Virus record (IMG/VR): IMGVR_UViG_3300045988_161114 | Span: 32,001 to 96,000 of that record | Length of the DNA stretch: 64,000 nucleotides | Strand: one strand, 5' to 3' | From: a virus | In this document: positions 8,211 through 16,552 of the stretch, piece after piece | Layout: each line of letters begins with the position of its first letter | Position numbering within the stretch: the first letter of the stretch is position 1 | Notes under the pieces: model-generated | What the model was told of the DNA's origin: nothing | The model's input: the letters and a program-made list of their open reading frames with translations, nothing else | Database searches by the model: none | Position numbers and translations under genes: made by a program

Positions 8211-10543
8211 TTGTAGTAAAACGTAATGGTTTAAGAGTAGAATATAATCCCGAAAAGATAAATAAATTTTTAGAATTTGTTTGCGATGGATTAGATGCAT
8301 CAATGTCTGATATTGCAATGAATTCTGATCTTCTTATTTATGACGGGATCACTACTGATAATATTAATAAGGCATTAAGAGACTCCGCTGAATCTTTAAT
8401 TTCTGAGAATAATCCCGACTATGCTATAGTTGCAGGTAGAATCTTGATGTCAGATCTTCGTAAGAAGGCTTATGGTGATTTTACTCCTGACAGTCTTCTT
8501 TCTATTATAAAAGAGAATACATATCTTGGTATGTATACTGAAGATCTATTGGCTAATTATACTGAAGAAGAAATTGAATATCTTGATTCTCTTATTGATC
8601 ATGATAGAGATTTCAATTTTAGTATTTCTGGCGCACTAGAATGGGAGAAGAAATATCTTGTCCAGAATCGTGCAACAGGAACTTATTTTGAAACACCGCA
8701 GATATCATATATGTGTGTTGCAATGATGTATTTCCTTAATGAAGATAAATTATATTCTAAAGAGGAAAGACTTCAATATGTTGCAAAAGCATATAAGTAT
8801 TTATCTGAAGGCGTGTGGAATATTCCAACCCCTCATTTAGCTAGACTCAGAACGCCTACAAGGGCGTTTAGTAGCTGTGTTGTTATCAAGACAGGTGATT
8901 CGATTGATTCGATTTCTGCGGTCGATATGGCGGCACGTAGATATGCTACTCTTGGTGCAGGACTAGGAATCCATACTGGTGATCTTCGCGGGAAGTTGTC
9001 GCCTATTCGTAATGGTGCTGCTATTAACACTGGGGCATTATATCATGCCCAATCAATAGAACGTGCTGCATTGTCTTGTTCTCAAGGTGGTGTTCGTAAA
9101 GGTAGTATTACATTCCATTGGCACGGATTGCATAAAGATTTCTTAGACACTGTAAGTTATAAAAACAGTGCTAGACCCGATGCAGATTCTATGAAACATA
9201 GTGATCATGCTATTTGGATTAATGGATTTATTCTTCATAAGATTCGTCAAAATGAAGATATTTATTTATTTGATCCGCCTGAAGTTCCTAAGCTCTGGAA
9301 ATTATTTTATTCTTCTAAGCTATCTGAATTTGCTAAAGAATATAATCGTTGTGTAGCTGATCCTAAAATAAATAAGGTTGCTGTTCCATCATCAAGATAT
9401 ATTGAACTTCTTGTTGCTGAACGTATTGGTACTGGTAGAGTATATATTGGATTTGCAGATACTCTTAATGAGAAGTCTACTTATGACGAAGATAAATATC
9501 CTATATTCTCTAGTAATCTATGTATGGAAATTGCATTACCTACTGCTGATTTAGAATTTAAATATGATAGCACTACAGAGAAATATGATGTAGATGGATT
9601 AATTGCATTATGTAATCTTGGTGGTATTAATTGGGGCGCGGTTAGTAACCCTAATGAATTCTATGATATTGCAGATGTAATGATGAATGCAATTGACAAT
9701 ATATTGAGTTATCAAGAACACCCATTTGGTGCTGCTAAACGACACAATAATTTATTCCGACCTATTGGTCTTGGTATAACAGGTTTCGCATATTGGCTTG
9801 CTAAAAATAATCTTACTTATAATAATAATTACGAATTGACTGATTATTGGATGCAAACATATTCACATGCTGTTATTAAAGCATCTATTGAATTAGCTAA
9901 AAAACGTGGTCCATGTGAAGGCTGGATGGATACAAAATGGGCAGAAGGTATATTGCCTTTAGATATCCGTAAACCCGCGCTAGAAAGTGTTATCCCTCAT
10001 AAGGAATATTATGATTGGGATGAAATAAGAAATGAAGTTAAAAAATATGGTGTAAGAAATGCATCTATGATTGCATTGTTCCCTGCTGAAACTTCTGCTA
10101 AAATTTCTGGATCAGGTACTACTAATGGTATTGAACCCGTTAGAGCTCTAATTCAAAGTAAGGGCGGCAAAGAAACTGTTGCTAAATTTACAGTTCCCGA
10201 ATTAATAAGATTAAAAGATAAGTATGATATAGTATGGGATTGGAAAAACAATGAAGGGTATATAAAAACAGTTGCTGTTTTGCAAAAATATACCGACCAG
10301 GCTATATCGGCCAATACTTATACTAATAGAAAGAATTTTTCAAATGACAAGGTTCCAGTTACATCCATTATTAATGAACTATACCTTGCCTATGCTTATG
10401 GTCTAAAAACTCTTTATTATAATAATAACCAAGATACAATGGATACTTCTTTGTATAATGGAGATGCTCAAACAAAGGCAGAGGTAGTAGTTGAACCTGT
10501 CGCTTCTGAGGAAGAAGAACATTGTGAGAGTTGTAGCTTATGA
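8207..10543 (+). CDS. nrdA: Ribonucleotide reductase class I large (alpha) subunit
   Basis: N-terminal ATP-cone (VVKRNGLRVEYNPEKI), active-site SNLCMEI (NxCxE), FSSCVV, the YY pair (LKTLYYNNN) and C-terminal shuttle cysteines CESC. Confidence 0.92.
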   Translation: MIVVKRNGLRVEYNPEKINKFLEFVCDGLDASMSDIAMNSDLLIYDGITTDNINKALRDSAESLISENNPDYAIVAGRILMSDLRKKAYGDFTPDSLLSIIKENTYLGMYTEDLLANYTEEEIEYLDSLIDHDRDFNFSISGALEWEKKYLVQNRATGTYFETPQISYMCVAMMYFLNEDKLYSKEERLQYVAKAYKYLSEGVWNIPTPHLARLRTPTRAFSSCVVIKTGDSIDSISAVDMAARRYATLGAGLGIHTGDLRGKLSPIRNGAAINTGALYHAQSIERAALSCSQGGVRKGSITFHWHGLHKDFLDTVSYKNSARPDADSMKHSDHAIWINGFILHKIRQNEDIYLFDPPEVPKLWKLFYSSKLSEFAKEYNRCVADPKINKVAVPSSRYIELLVAERIGTGRVYIGFADTLNEKSTYDEDKYPIFSSNLCMEIALPTADLEFKYDSTTEKYDVDGLIALCNLGGINWGAVSNPNEFYDIADVMMNAIDNILSYQEHPFGAAKRHNNLFRPIGLGITGFAYWLAKNNLTYNNNYELTDYWMQTYSHAVIKASIELAKKRGPCEGWMDTKWAEGILPLDIRKPALESVIPHKEYYDWDEIRNEVKKYGVRNASMIALFPAETSAKISGSGTTNGIEPVRALIQSKGGKETVAKFTVPELIRLKDKYDIVWDWKNNEGYIKTVAVLQKYTDQAISANTYTNRKNFSNDKVPVTSIINELYLAYAYGLKTLYYNNNQDTMDTSLYNGDAQTKAEVVVEPVASEEEEHCESCSL

Positions 10544-10767
10544 TTATAAGCATGAAAGATATTATTAATGCCTCCATAGGGCAAAGTCTTGCTGAAGTTA
10601 ACAATAGGACTTGGAGAAATGAAAGGTTTATGGAAAAGTATGGACGCATTCCGCCTGAAAATGTATATGTTGAGCCCGCTCCTGTTAAGCCTGAGCCTAA
10701 GAGTCCCGGAGATTTCATTATGCTTGGCATTAATAGGGTTCTAGATTATCTTACCCCTATAAAATAA
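10540..10767 (+). CDS. Hypothetical protein (75 aa)
   Basis: ATGA overlap with the nrdA stop. No motif. Confidence 0.5.
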   Translation: MIISMKDIINASIGQSLAEVNNRTWRNERFMEKYGRIPPENVYVEPAPVKPEPKSPGDFIMLGINRVLDYLTPIK

Positions 10768-10770
10768 AAT

Positions 10771-10959
10771 ATGTTAATTGATTTGAAATATTCACTCAAT
10801 GAAAGTGGGAGAGAAAAACTCTCTCACTTTTCTTTAAATTTTAATGATGAACAGCAAGAAGCTATTGCTGCATCTGTTGGGACTATAGACATAACAATCG
10901 ATGTAGATGATACATGGGGATTCGTAAATATAGTTGCAATTAATGGAAATGAAATATGA
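10771..10959 (+). CDS. Hypothetical acidic protein (62 aa)
   Basis: Short ORF packed between neighbours, with an ATGA overlap to the next gene. Confidence 0.45.
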   Translation: MLIDLKYSLNESGREKLSHFSLNFNDEQQEAIAASVGTIDITIDVDDTWGFVNIVAINGNEI

Positions 10960-11510
10960 AGAAAATAATCGGCTTTTGTGGTAAAGCTCATAGTGGCAAA
11001 AGTTATGCCGCAAATATAATTAAGTCAGAATATCCTAGTGCTGAAATAATATCATTTGGTGATGCAGTTAGAGATATGCTTAAAGCTATTGTTGATGTTG
11101 ATTCTATTTATGAGTCTGAAACAAAAGAAGAGATTATTCCTGAATTAGGAGTTTCCTTAAGAAAACTTATGCAGACTCTTGGAACAGAATGGGGAAGAAA
11201 CTCTGTTTCTGATTCTTTATGGGTTGACATTTTAATGATGAAAGCTAATAAATCTGAATCTGATATAATTATTGTTCCAGATGTTAGATTTAAAAATGAA
11301 TATGATGCCATTATAAATAATGGTGGCATAATTATAAATCTTAAAACTGGAGATGATTTTAAAGATATTGATCTTTCATCACATATATCAGAGTCTTTTA
11401 TTCCAGAAGATAATGATAAAACTTTCAATATTAAAAATACTTTCGATAAACGATTTGCCGGTTTTCTTAAGGTTGTTTATAAACCTTATTTAAAAGACCT
11501 TCAGGATTAA
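10956..11510 (+). CDS. Deoxynucleoside monophosphate (dNMP) kinase
   Basis: P-loop GFCGKAHSGKSYAA. LMQTLGTEWGRN and IIVPDVRFKNEYDAI resemble the phage dNMP-kinase family pattern (LQxLGTExxR; DVRFxNE). Confidence 0.65.
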   Translation: MKKIIGFCGKAHSGKSYAANIIKSEYPSAEIISFGDAVRDMLKAIVDVDSIYESETKEEIIPELGVSLRKLMQTLGTEWGRNSVSDSLWVDILMMKANKSESDIIIVPDVRFKNEYDAIINNGGIIINLKTGDDFKDIDLSSHISESFIPEDNDKTFNIKNTFDKRFAGFLKVVYKPYLKDLQD

Positions 11511-11512
11511 AT

Positions 11513-11770
11513 ATGACATTAAATAATTGTATAGAAGCTGAAGAGGGTATGGAATTTGATTCAATAGAGTCAGCTTTAATGACGTCATGTCACCTTTGTG
11601 GTACACCATTGGAGTGGTCATTATCATTAGTATGGAATGACATCCATGAATTGAATTTTATTCATGGAATTTCTCATAGTTGCGGCGCAACGTTTACTAT
11701 AGAACCAATTCTTAGTCCCGAATCTCACGATGGCTACATACTTCACATTGATGAGAGTAAAATAGAATAA
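11513..11770 (+). CDS. Hypothetical Cys/His-containing protein (85 aa)
   Basis: Complete ORF. CHLCG ... HSCG suggests possible metal binding. No family recognised. Confidence 0.5.
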   Translation: MTLNNCIEAEEGMEFDSIESALMTSCHLCGTPLEWSLSLVWNDIHELNFIHGISHSCGATFTIEPILSPESHDGYILHIDESKIE

Positions 11771-11801
11771 TATCAAAATTGAAGTAGTTCGTTTTATTTT
11801 T

Positions 11802-11954
11802 ATGGTTTCTGTTTCAAAATTTTTAGGTATCTTAACTTTTCAAGCAATGCTTATTGTCGCTAAAAGAATAATAAACTTTCTTCTTGATTTTATAACTCAA
11901 AAAGAAAAAAGATTTAATAAGCAATATAATTCTTATAGATTACAAAATGTCTAA
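11802..11954 (+). CDS. Possible small hydrophobic peptide (50 codons, below the ORF-track cutoff)
   Basis: Hand translation gives MVSVSKFLGILTFQAMLIVAKRIINFLLDFITQKEKRFNKQYNSYRLQNV. Its TAA (11952-11954) overlaps the ATG (11947) of the next gene. Confidence 0.25.
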   Translation: MVSVSKFLGILTFQAMLIVAKRIINFLLDFITQKEKRFNKQYNSYRLQNV

Positions 11955-12558
11955 AGGTAAATATTTAACTAGTAAGCTAAGATATCAAAATATTAAAAAA
12001 CTGGCCAAGTTTACTGGCTCTAAATTATCCAGAGATTATGGAATAGCTACCCTATACTCTGGAGCAAAATTAGACCATCTAGTTAAAGATGGTAATTATT
12101 TGAGAGGCACTGAATACTTATTAAAAGTATACAGTAATAAGGATTTGTGTCTCTCCTTTTTACAAAGCGATAAAAAGGATCCCGTTTTAAATCATATGTT
12201 ATCTAAAGCGGGATATTATAAAAACGAATATATAAGAAATATAATAAACGATAATTGGCTAGATATTATTAGCAGAGCCTTTTATAAGTTTATTCGCACA
12301 TCACTTGATAAATATGATATATCTTATGGAATAAAATTCTCTACCTTTTTTGGTTCATCAATACCGTACTGCTTTCAAAAAGAGGTATTGGAATTTATGC
12401 GATCTAAAAATGCTAAAGAAGAATATGATATTAATATAGACTTAAATATAGAAATAAATGATAATAAAGATATAGAATCTTTTGATAATGATATGCGTCT
12501 TAATAGAGATGGAATTGAACTTATCTCTATTGCATTAAAGAATAAGAGGACCTTGTAG
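11947..12558 (+). CDS. Sigma-70 region-2-like transcription factor (candidate phage late sigma)
   Basis: SLDKYDISYGIKFSTFFGSSIPYCFQKEV aligns with the sigma-70 region 2 core [23 protein letters not shown]. 203 aa with no obvious region 4 HTH. Confidence 0.55.
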   Translation: MSKGKYLTSKLRYQNIKKLAKFTGSKLSRDYGIATLYSGAKLDHLVKDGNYLRGTEYLLKVYSNKDLCLSFLQSDKKDPVLNHMLSKAGYYKNEYIRNIINDNWLDIISRAFYKFIRTSLDKYDISYGIKFSTFFGSSIPYCFQKEVLEFMRSKNAKEEYDINIDLNIEINDNKDIESFDNDMRLNRDGIELISIALKNKRTL

Positions 12559-12574
12559 TCCTCTTTTTTATTTT
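12545..12574 (+). terminator. Rho-independent terminator
   Basis: AGAGGAC (12545-12551) / GTCCTCT (12558-12564) with a 6-nt loop, followed by TTTTTATTTT. Overlaps the stop codon of ORF 11947-12558. Confidence 0.6.
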
Positions 12575-12584
12575 GAGGATTAAT

Positions 12585-13088
12585 ATGAAAGAGTATAGTT
12601 TAGAGCAGCTTAAATGGCTTAAAGTAGAATCATTTAAAAGTAAAAATAAAGTAAAGGAGAATATCCTTGCACTTGTTATTTCTAAAATAGAAACTGAAGG
12701 CAAACTTCATAATAATACTGATAAGGATTTTGAAGCAAAAGTTGTTTTAGAAGCTTTACAGTCTTTCTATAAAAGTTTAACTAAAACTCTTTTTGAGTTT
12801 TCTGATCGTATAAAAGATTCTGAAGAAGTTGAATCTGATAAAGCTCTAACGTTTATAAATAAAACAGAGCATGAGATTGAATTTATTTTATCTCTTCTTC
12901 CTGATCAATTATCTGATATTGAAATAACCAATATCGTTGAAAGTTTTGTTGAAGCAAATGGTCTTGATCTTAATGATAAGAAATCAATAGGGCAAATTAT
13001 GGCACATATGAATGCCAATTATAAAGACCAGTTTGATTCTAGAATTGTAATGGAAGTTATAAATTCTCTTAAAGGTAGTAAAGCTTGA
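12585..13088 (+). CDS. GatB/YqeY-domain protein; start moved to ATG 12585
   Basis: The layout matches YqeY-type proteins: N-terminal helical LKxxxxxSxKxKNK..., then LPDQLSDIEITNIVESFVEANG...KSIGQIMAHMNANYKDQFDSRIVMEVINSLK (compare YLPEQLSEEEL..IV...I...G....MGKVMG..M...KG.ADG..V...V...L). GAGGA lies 6-7 nt upstream of ATG 12585. Confidence 0.6.
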   Translation: MKEYSLEQLKWLKVESFKSKNKVKENILALVISKIETEGKLHNNTDKDFEAKVVLEALQSFYKSLTKTLFEFSDRIKDSEEVESDKALTFINKTEHEIEFILSLLPDQLSDIEITNIVESFVEANGLDLNDKKSIGQIMAHMNANYKDQFDSRIVMEVINSLKGSKA

Positions 13089-13987
13089 CTATTATAAAGC
13101 CTATGTTAGCTTCTCCTGTAGAGGAGAAGCATTTATCTAATTTAGAGTATCCTGTTATATGTAGTCCTAAAATAGATGGTGTAAGAGTTTTAGCTTTGAA
13201 TGGTGTTCTGTATAGTCGATCTATGAAGCCTATACGGAATAAAGCTCTTATAGAGAAATTCTCCAATTCTAAATATAAAAATATTAATTTTGACGGCGAG
13301 ATAACTGTTGTTGATAAAAATGATCCTAATGTATATAGGATAACTACTTCCTATGTCAATTCTTTTGATAAAGAAGAAGATGAATCTCATAAATTCGTTA
13401 TTAATGTATTTGATATTTTGAATATAGATAGTCTTGATACACCCTATATTGATAGATTGAAATCTATTCCTGATTTTGATGAACCTTTATTTTCAAAGCT
13501 TGAATATAAGCTATGTAACAATAGCAAAGAGGTATTGGAATATGAGCAGTATTGTCTTAATGCCGGATATGAAGGTATAATGGTTAGAAGCTATAATGGG
13601 AAGTATAAGTTAGGGCGATCTACATTAAAAGAGGGAATTATTCTTAAGCTGAAAAGGTTTAGTGACTATGAAGCCATTATAGTTGGCTTTGTAGAAGAAT
13701 ATAAGAATCTTAATGAAGCTAAAAAGAATGAGCTTGGTCGTACCGAAAGATCTTCTGCTAAGGATGGACTAGTTCCTAATGGTAGACTTGGTGCTTTGAT
13801 ATGTAAATTTAATGATATTGAATTTAATATTGGCTCTGGGTTTACTCATGAAGAACGTACTGAAGTATGGGACAATAGAGAATCCTATATTGGTAAACTT
13901 GTTAAATTTAAATGCTTCGAAGTTGGTGTTAAAGACGCTCCTAGATTTCCAATCTTTTTAGGATTTAGAAGTCCTGATGACTTATAA
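13085..13987 (+). CDS. ATP-dependent DNA ligase (minimal, about 300 aa)
   Basis: Motif I SPKIDGVR (KxDG adenylation lysine), motif III FDGEITV, motif IV EGIMVR, motif V ILKLKRF. A TTG start forms a TTGA overlap with the upstream stop; the alternative ATG at 13103 would remove the conserved KPMLA. Confidence 0.85.
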   Translation: MTIIKPMLASPVEEKHLSNLEYPVICSPKIDGVRVLALNGVLYSRSMKPIRNKALIEKFSNSKYKNINFDGEITVVDKNDPNVYRITTSYVNSFDKEEDESHKFVINVFDILNIDSLDTPYIDRLKSIPDFDEPLFSKLEYKLCNNSKEVLEYEQYCLNAGYEGIMVRSYNGKYKLGRSTLKEGIILKLKRFSDYEAIIVGFVEEYKNLNEAKKNELGRTERSSAKDGLVPNGRLGALICKFNDIEFNIGSGFTHEERTEVWDNRESYIGKLVKFKCFEVGVKDAPRFPIFLGFRSPDDL

Positions 13988-14111
13988 GGATTTATAAATG
14001 GATATTCAAAAACTCACTTTTATAAAAATGTCCGGTTTCATAGCATGGTTGCCGGGCATGTCACAACTATTCAAGAAAAATAATAAATAATTTAGTTTTA
14101 TAGGTATCTTT

Positions 14112-14564
14112 ATGCATTATGTACGCTCTGATATAGAAGATGGCATTAATAAATTCTTTGTATTGATATCAAAAGACGTCTTATCAGATATTGACGTTGG
14201 ACTCTCTTGTAATATAGAAAGACTATATAATAATGGTCTGCTTATAGAGAATAATGAATTTGAATTTTTCAAATTTCTTATAAAGACATTGATTAATTCT
14301 GATAGTATTGAAAGCGTTATAGACTCTGTCGGTATCACTACTGTAAAAGATTTGAGTCTATTGATGGAGTCTAAAAGGATAGAATCAGATATGCGCATTT
14401 GGGGTAAATATCTGTTAAATGAGTTTATTAAAACTTATGAAAAGTATTCCTTTTTGGTATATAAATTAAATAGCGGCACGTTATCTTTAGATGAGTGTCT
14501 TGATGCATATGAGAATTATAGCTCAGAAGATATCTATAATAAAATTATTGATTGTATTTCGTAA
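14112..14564 (+). CDS. Hypothetical protein (150 aa), last gene of the plus-strand module
   Basis: Complete ORF followed by a strong terminator. No motif recognised. Confidence 0.55.
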   Translation: MHYVRSDIEDGINKFFVLISKDVLSDIDVGLSCNIERLYNNGLLIENNEFEFFKFLIKTLINSDSIESVIDSVGITTVKDLSLLMESKRIESDMRIWGKYLLNEFIKTYEKYSFLVYKLNSGTLSLDECLDAYENYSSEDIYNKIIDCIS

Positions 14565-14572
14565 AAATAAAG

Positions 14573-14613
14573 AGCCTATAGAAATTAAGCTATAGGCTTT
14601 CTTTTTTTATTTT
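14573..14613. terminator. Bidirectional rho-independent terminator at the convergent module junction
   Basis: AGCCTATAG (14573-14581) / CTATAGGCT (14590-14598). TTCTTTTTTTATTTT lies downstream on the plus strand and an A-rich run lies upstream (a T-tract on the minus strand). Sits between convergent stops at 14564 and 14607. Confidence 0.75.
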
Positions 14614-15398
14614 GCTTTTCTTAAGGCTGTTTCAAACTTATCTGCGTAACTCGCAATAGTAAGTTGTTTGTCAGTTCCGTTTATAATTCTTCTAGCTTCA
14701 GAATAATTGGCATCAAACATACTTATATAGTCTGATAGTTTCTTACCTGTAAACCATCCGTAGGTCATACCCCAAAGCATTATTTTAGCAGCGTTTGTAG
14801 GCTCTAATGCTAATTCTGGTTTATTTACAAAATCTTGCCCAATATGCTTTTTAGCTTTTTCATAGTTATCTAACCATGTTAATTGGACATATCCTCTACC
14901 ATAGTAGAAATGATCTAAATCTGATTGGTAATAAACTTTAGTTCTTGAACCGTTTGAGTAGCATGCATTTTTACCATTGTTTAGATGCCATTTGCCGTAT
15001 ACATAGTTCTTACCCTTGCCGTATTCACCAATAGGTTGCATTGTTTTAGCGCATTCATGGTATATGGTAGCCAACATGTATGCTTGTTCTGTTATAGTAT
15101 TTTTACTTATAACATCTAAGATTGTATTAATGCCGTCTACTTGAGATTGAGTAAAAGAAGAAAATAATTTTTGTTCTTTTAAAGCATTAAAGAATACTTG
15201 TCTATTTAATTCTTTGTGTTCTTTCTCTACAATAATTGCATATACATATAGCATTGTTTTATTACCGGCAACGCCGTCTACTACTAATCCATTTTTAGAT
15301 TGTAATGCTTTTATTGCTTCAACGGTTTTTGGTCCGATTACGCCATCTATCTCTAAGCCGAGTGCATGTTGTATTAATTTGTTTTTAGTTAAACTCAT
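14607..15398 (-). CDS. Endolysin: N-terminal PG_binding_1 domain plus GH19 (chitinase-like) muramidase domain
   Basis: LEIDGVIGPKTVEAIKALQSKNGLVVDGVAGNKT is a peptidoglycan-binding repeat. YHECAKTMQPIGEYG (E-x-E pair) and YYGRGYVQLTWLDNY match the GH19 signature YYGRGPIQLSWNYNY. Confidence 0.85.
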   Translation of the reverse strand: MSLTKNKLIQHALGLEIDGVIGPKTVEAIKALQSKNGLVVDGVAGNKTMLYVYAIIVEKEHKELNRQVFFNALKEQKLFSSFTQSQVDGINTILDVISKNTITEQAYMLATIYHECAKTMQPIGEYGKGKNYVYGKWHLNNGKNACYSNGSRTKVYYQSDLDHFYYGRGYVQLTWLDNYEKAKKHIGQDFVNKPELALEPTNAAKIMLWGMTYGWFTGKKLSDYISMFDANYSEARRIINGTDKQLTIASYADKFETALRKAK

Positions 15399-15820
15399 TT
15401 TAATCTTTCATATAATGATGCTTTTTCTTCTAACAATTTTACTCTGCTTTGTAGTTCACCTAGAGTATCATGTATTTCTGTATATGTAACTCTTTTACTC
15501 AATTCTTTTGATAATCTATTCTGGACATATATAATTTCGCCAAGAATTTTGATTATCTTAGTAAGAGTTGAATTTGATAAATTTTCAACAAATGTAGTTT
15601 TGGTTACATTTTTATTTGCACCATCACCTGTTTTATAGGTAATAGTAAATTCTTTGTCTTGATTTATAGGCGGCTCTATTAGGAATAATCCAGCACTAGG
15701 ATCTAATTCATCTATCCTATGTCCAGACCTATTGATTTGTAATGAGCCAGCAACATATGATTCAGATAATGTATATAATGTATTTCCAATAGACGTTAAT
15801 GTTGCTGTTTTTGTATTCAT
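15395..15820 (-). CDS. Hypothetical soluble protein inside the lysis cassette (141 aa, C-terminal coiled coil)
   Basis: 4-nt overlaps with both the endolysin and the o-spanin genes. No TM segment. The C-terminus is heptad-like (LGELQSRVKLLEEKASLYERLK). Confidence 0.5.
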   Translation of the reverse strand: MNTKTATLTSIGNTLYTLSESYVAGSLQINRSGHRIDELDPSAGLFLIEPPINQDKEFTITYKTGDGANKNVTKTTFVENLSNSTLTKIIKILGEIIYVQNRLSKELSKRVTYTEIHDTLGELQSRVKLLEEKASLYERLK

Positions 15821-16089
15821 TTTAACTCACCGTTTATTTTGTCAATTTGGTTAATTAGTGAAGCTTTTTCAATTTTACACTGTTCAATATGGTCAATAAG
15901 TGAAGCGGCATAGTTTACTAAGTCTCTAGAAGTATTTCCTGTTAGTAATGCTCGATCTTTTTCGCATTCACCGTGTCTGATTTCTTCTGGTATTTCTATT
16001 TTTGTTTTGTTTGTTAGGTTAGGATTATATAATGATTTGCATCCTACTAGGAATACTGATAGAAGTGAAAGTAATAATATGTTTTTCAT
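15817..16089 (-). CDS. Outer-membrane spanin lipoprotein (o-spanin)
   Basis: Signal peptide with lipobox MKNILLLSLLSVFLVGC|KS. 90 aa. Immediately downstream of, and overlapping, the i-spanin-like gene. Confidence 0.7.
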   Translation of the reverse strand: MKNILLLSLLSVFLVGCKSLYNPNLTNKTKIEIPEEIRHGECEKDRALLTGNTSRDLVNYAASLIDHIEQCKIEKASLINQIDKINGELK

Positions 16090-16424
16090 TTTCTGCCCCG
16101 TTTGTTAAGTGCATCTACAACATCTTGTTTAACACAAATTTGATCGTAAAAGTCACCTCTTAAGATTTCAATCAGCTGATAGTTTTGTTTTTCAATAGTC
16201 TTTTTAAATTCTTCTTTTTGTAAAGAATTATTTTTGCTGATTTCATATCTTATGTCATTCATTGCTGCATTTAGTTTATTGTTTGAATCATCATATGCTT
16301 TTTGCGCAGCTACATAACCATCATTAAATTTTAGATCCCCATATGCTTTTATTGCGAATAGAGATACCAATATAACCAATAATAGTCCTATTGCTATGTA
16401 TCCGTATTTATTTAGTAAAGGCAT
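16086..16424 (-). CDS. Inner-membrane spanin (i-spanin)
   Basis: Single N-terminal TM (YIAIGLLLVILVSLFAIKAY) followed by a charged helical periplasmic domain. Type II topology and gene order are typical of Rz/Rz1-type separated spanins. Confidence 0.6.
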   Translation of the reverse strand: MPLLNKYGYIAIGLLLVILVSLFAIKAYGDLKFNDGYVAAQKAYDDSNNKLNAAMNDIRYEISKNNSLQKEEFKKTIEKQNYQLIEILRGDFYDQICVKQDVVDALNKRGRK

Positions 16425-16443
16425 TATATTATTCCTTGTTAGT

Positions 16444-16471
16444 GGGGCAACCCATTTTAAGTGGGCGCCCC
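16444..16471 (-). terminator. GC-rich stem-loop (possible terminator or RNA-stabilising hairpin) upstream of the lysis cassette
   Basis: GGGGC/GCCCC and CCCA/TGGG pair across a 7-nt loop. Lies in the 128-bp gap between ORF 16553-17107 and the i-spanin. No clean U-tract on the minus strand. Confidence 0.35.
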
Positions 16472-16552
16472 TTTATAAAAGATTATCTAAACTCCCCAAA
16501 TAGATATAAAACTACCTTGCCTGTTTTATACCATTAGTTTAGATTTTCTTTT

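Noticed and set aside
13999-14091. 30-codon ORF (MDIQKLTFIKMSGFIAWLPGMSQLFKKNNK) in the ligase-downstream gap
   Set aside because: It is very short and nothing supports it apart from being an open frame. The gap may instead hold a weak promoter for ORF 14112.
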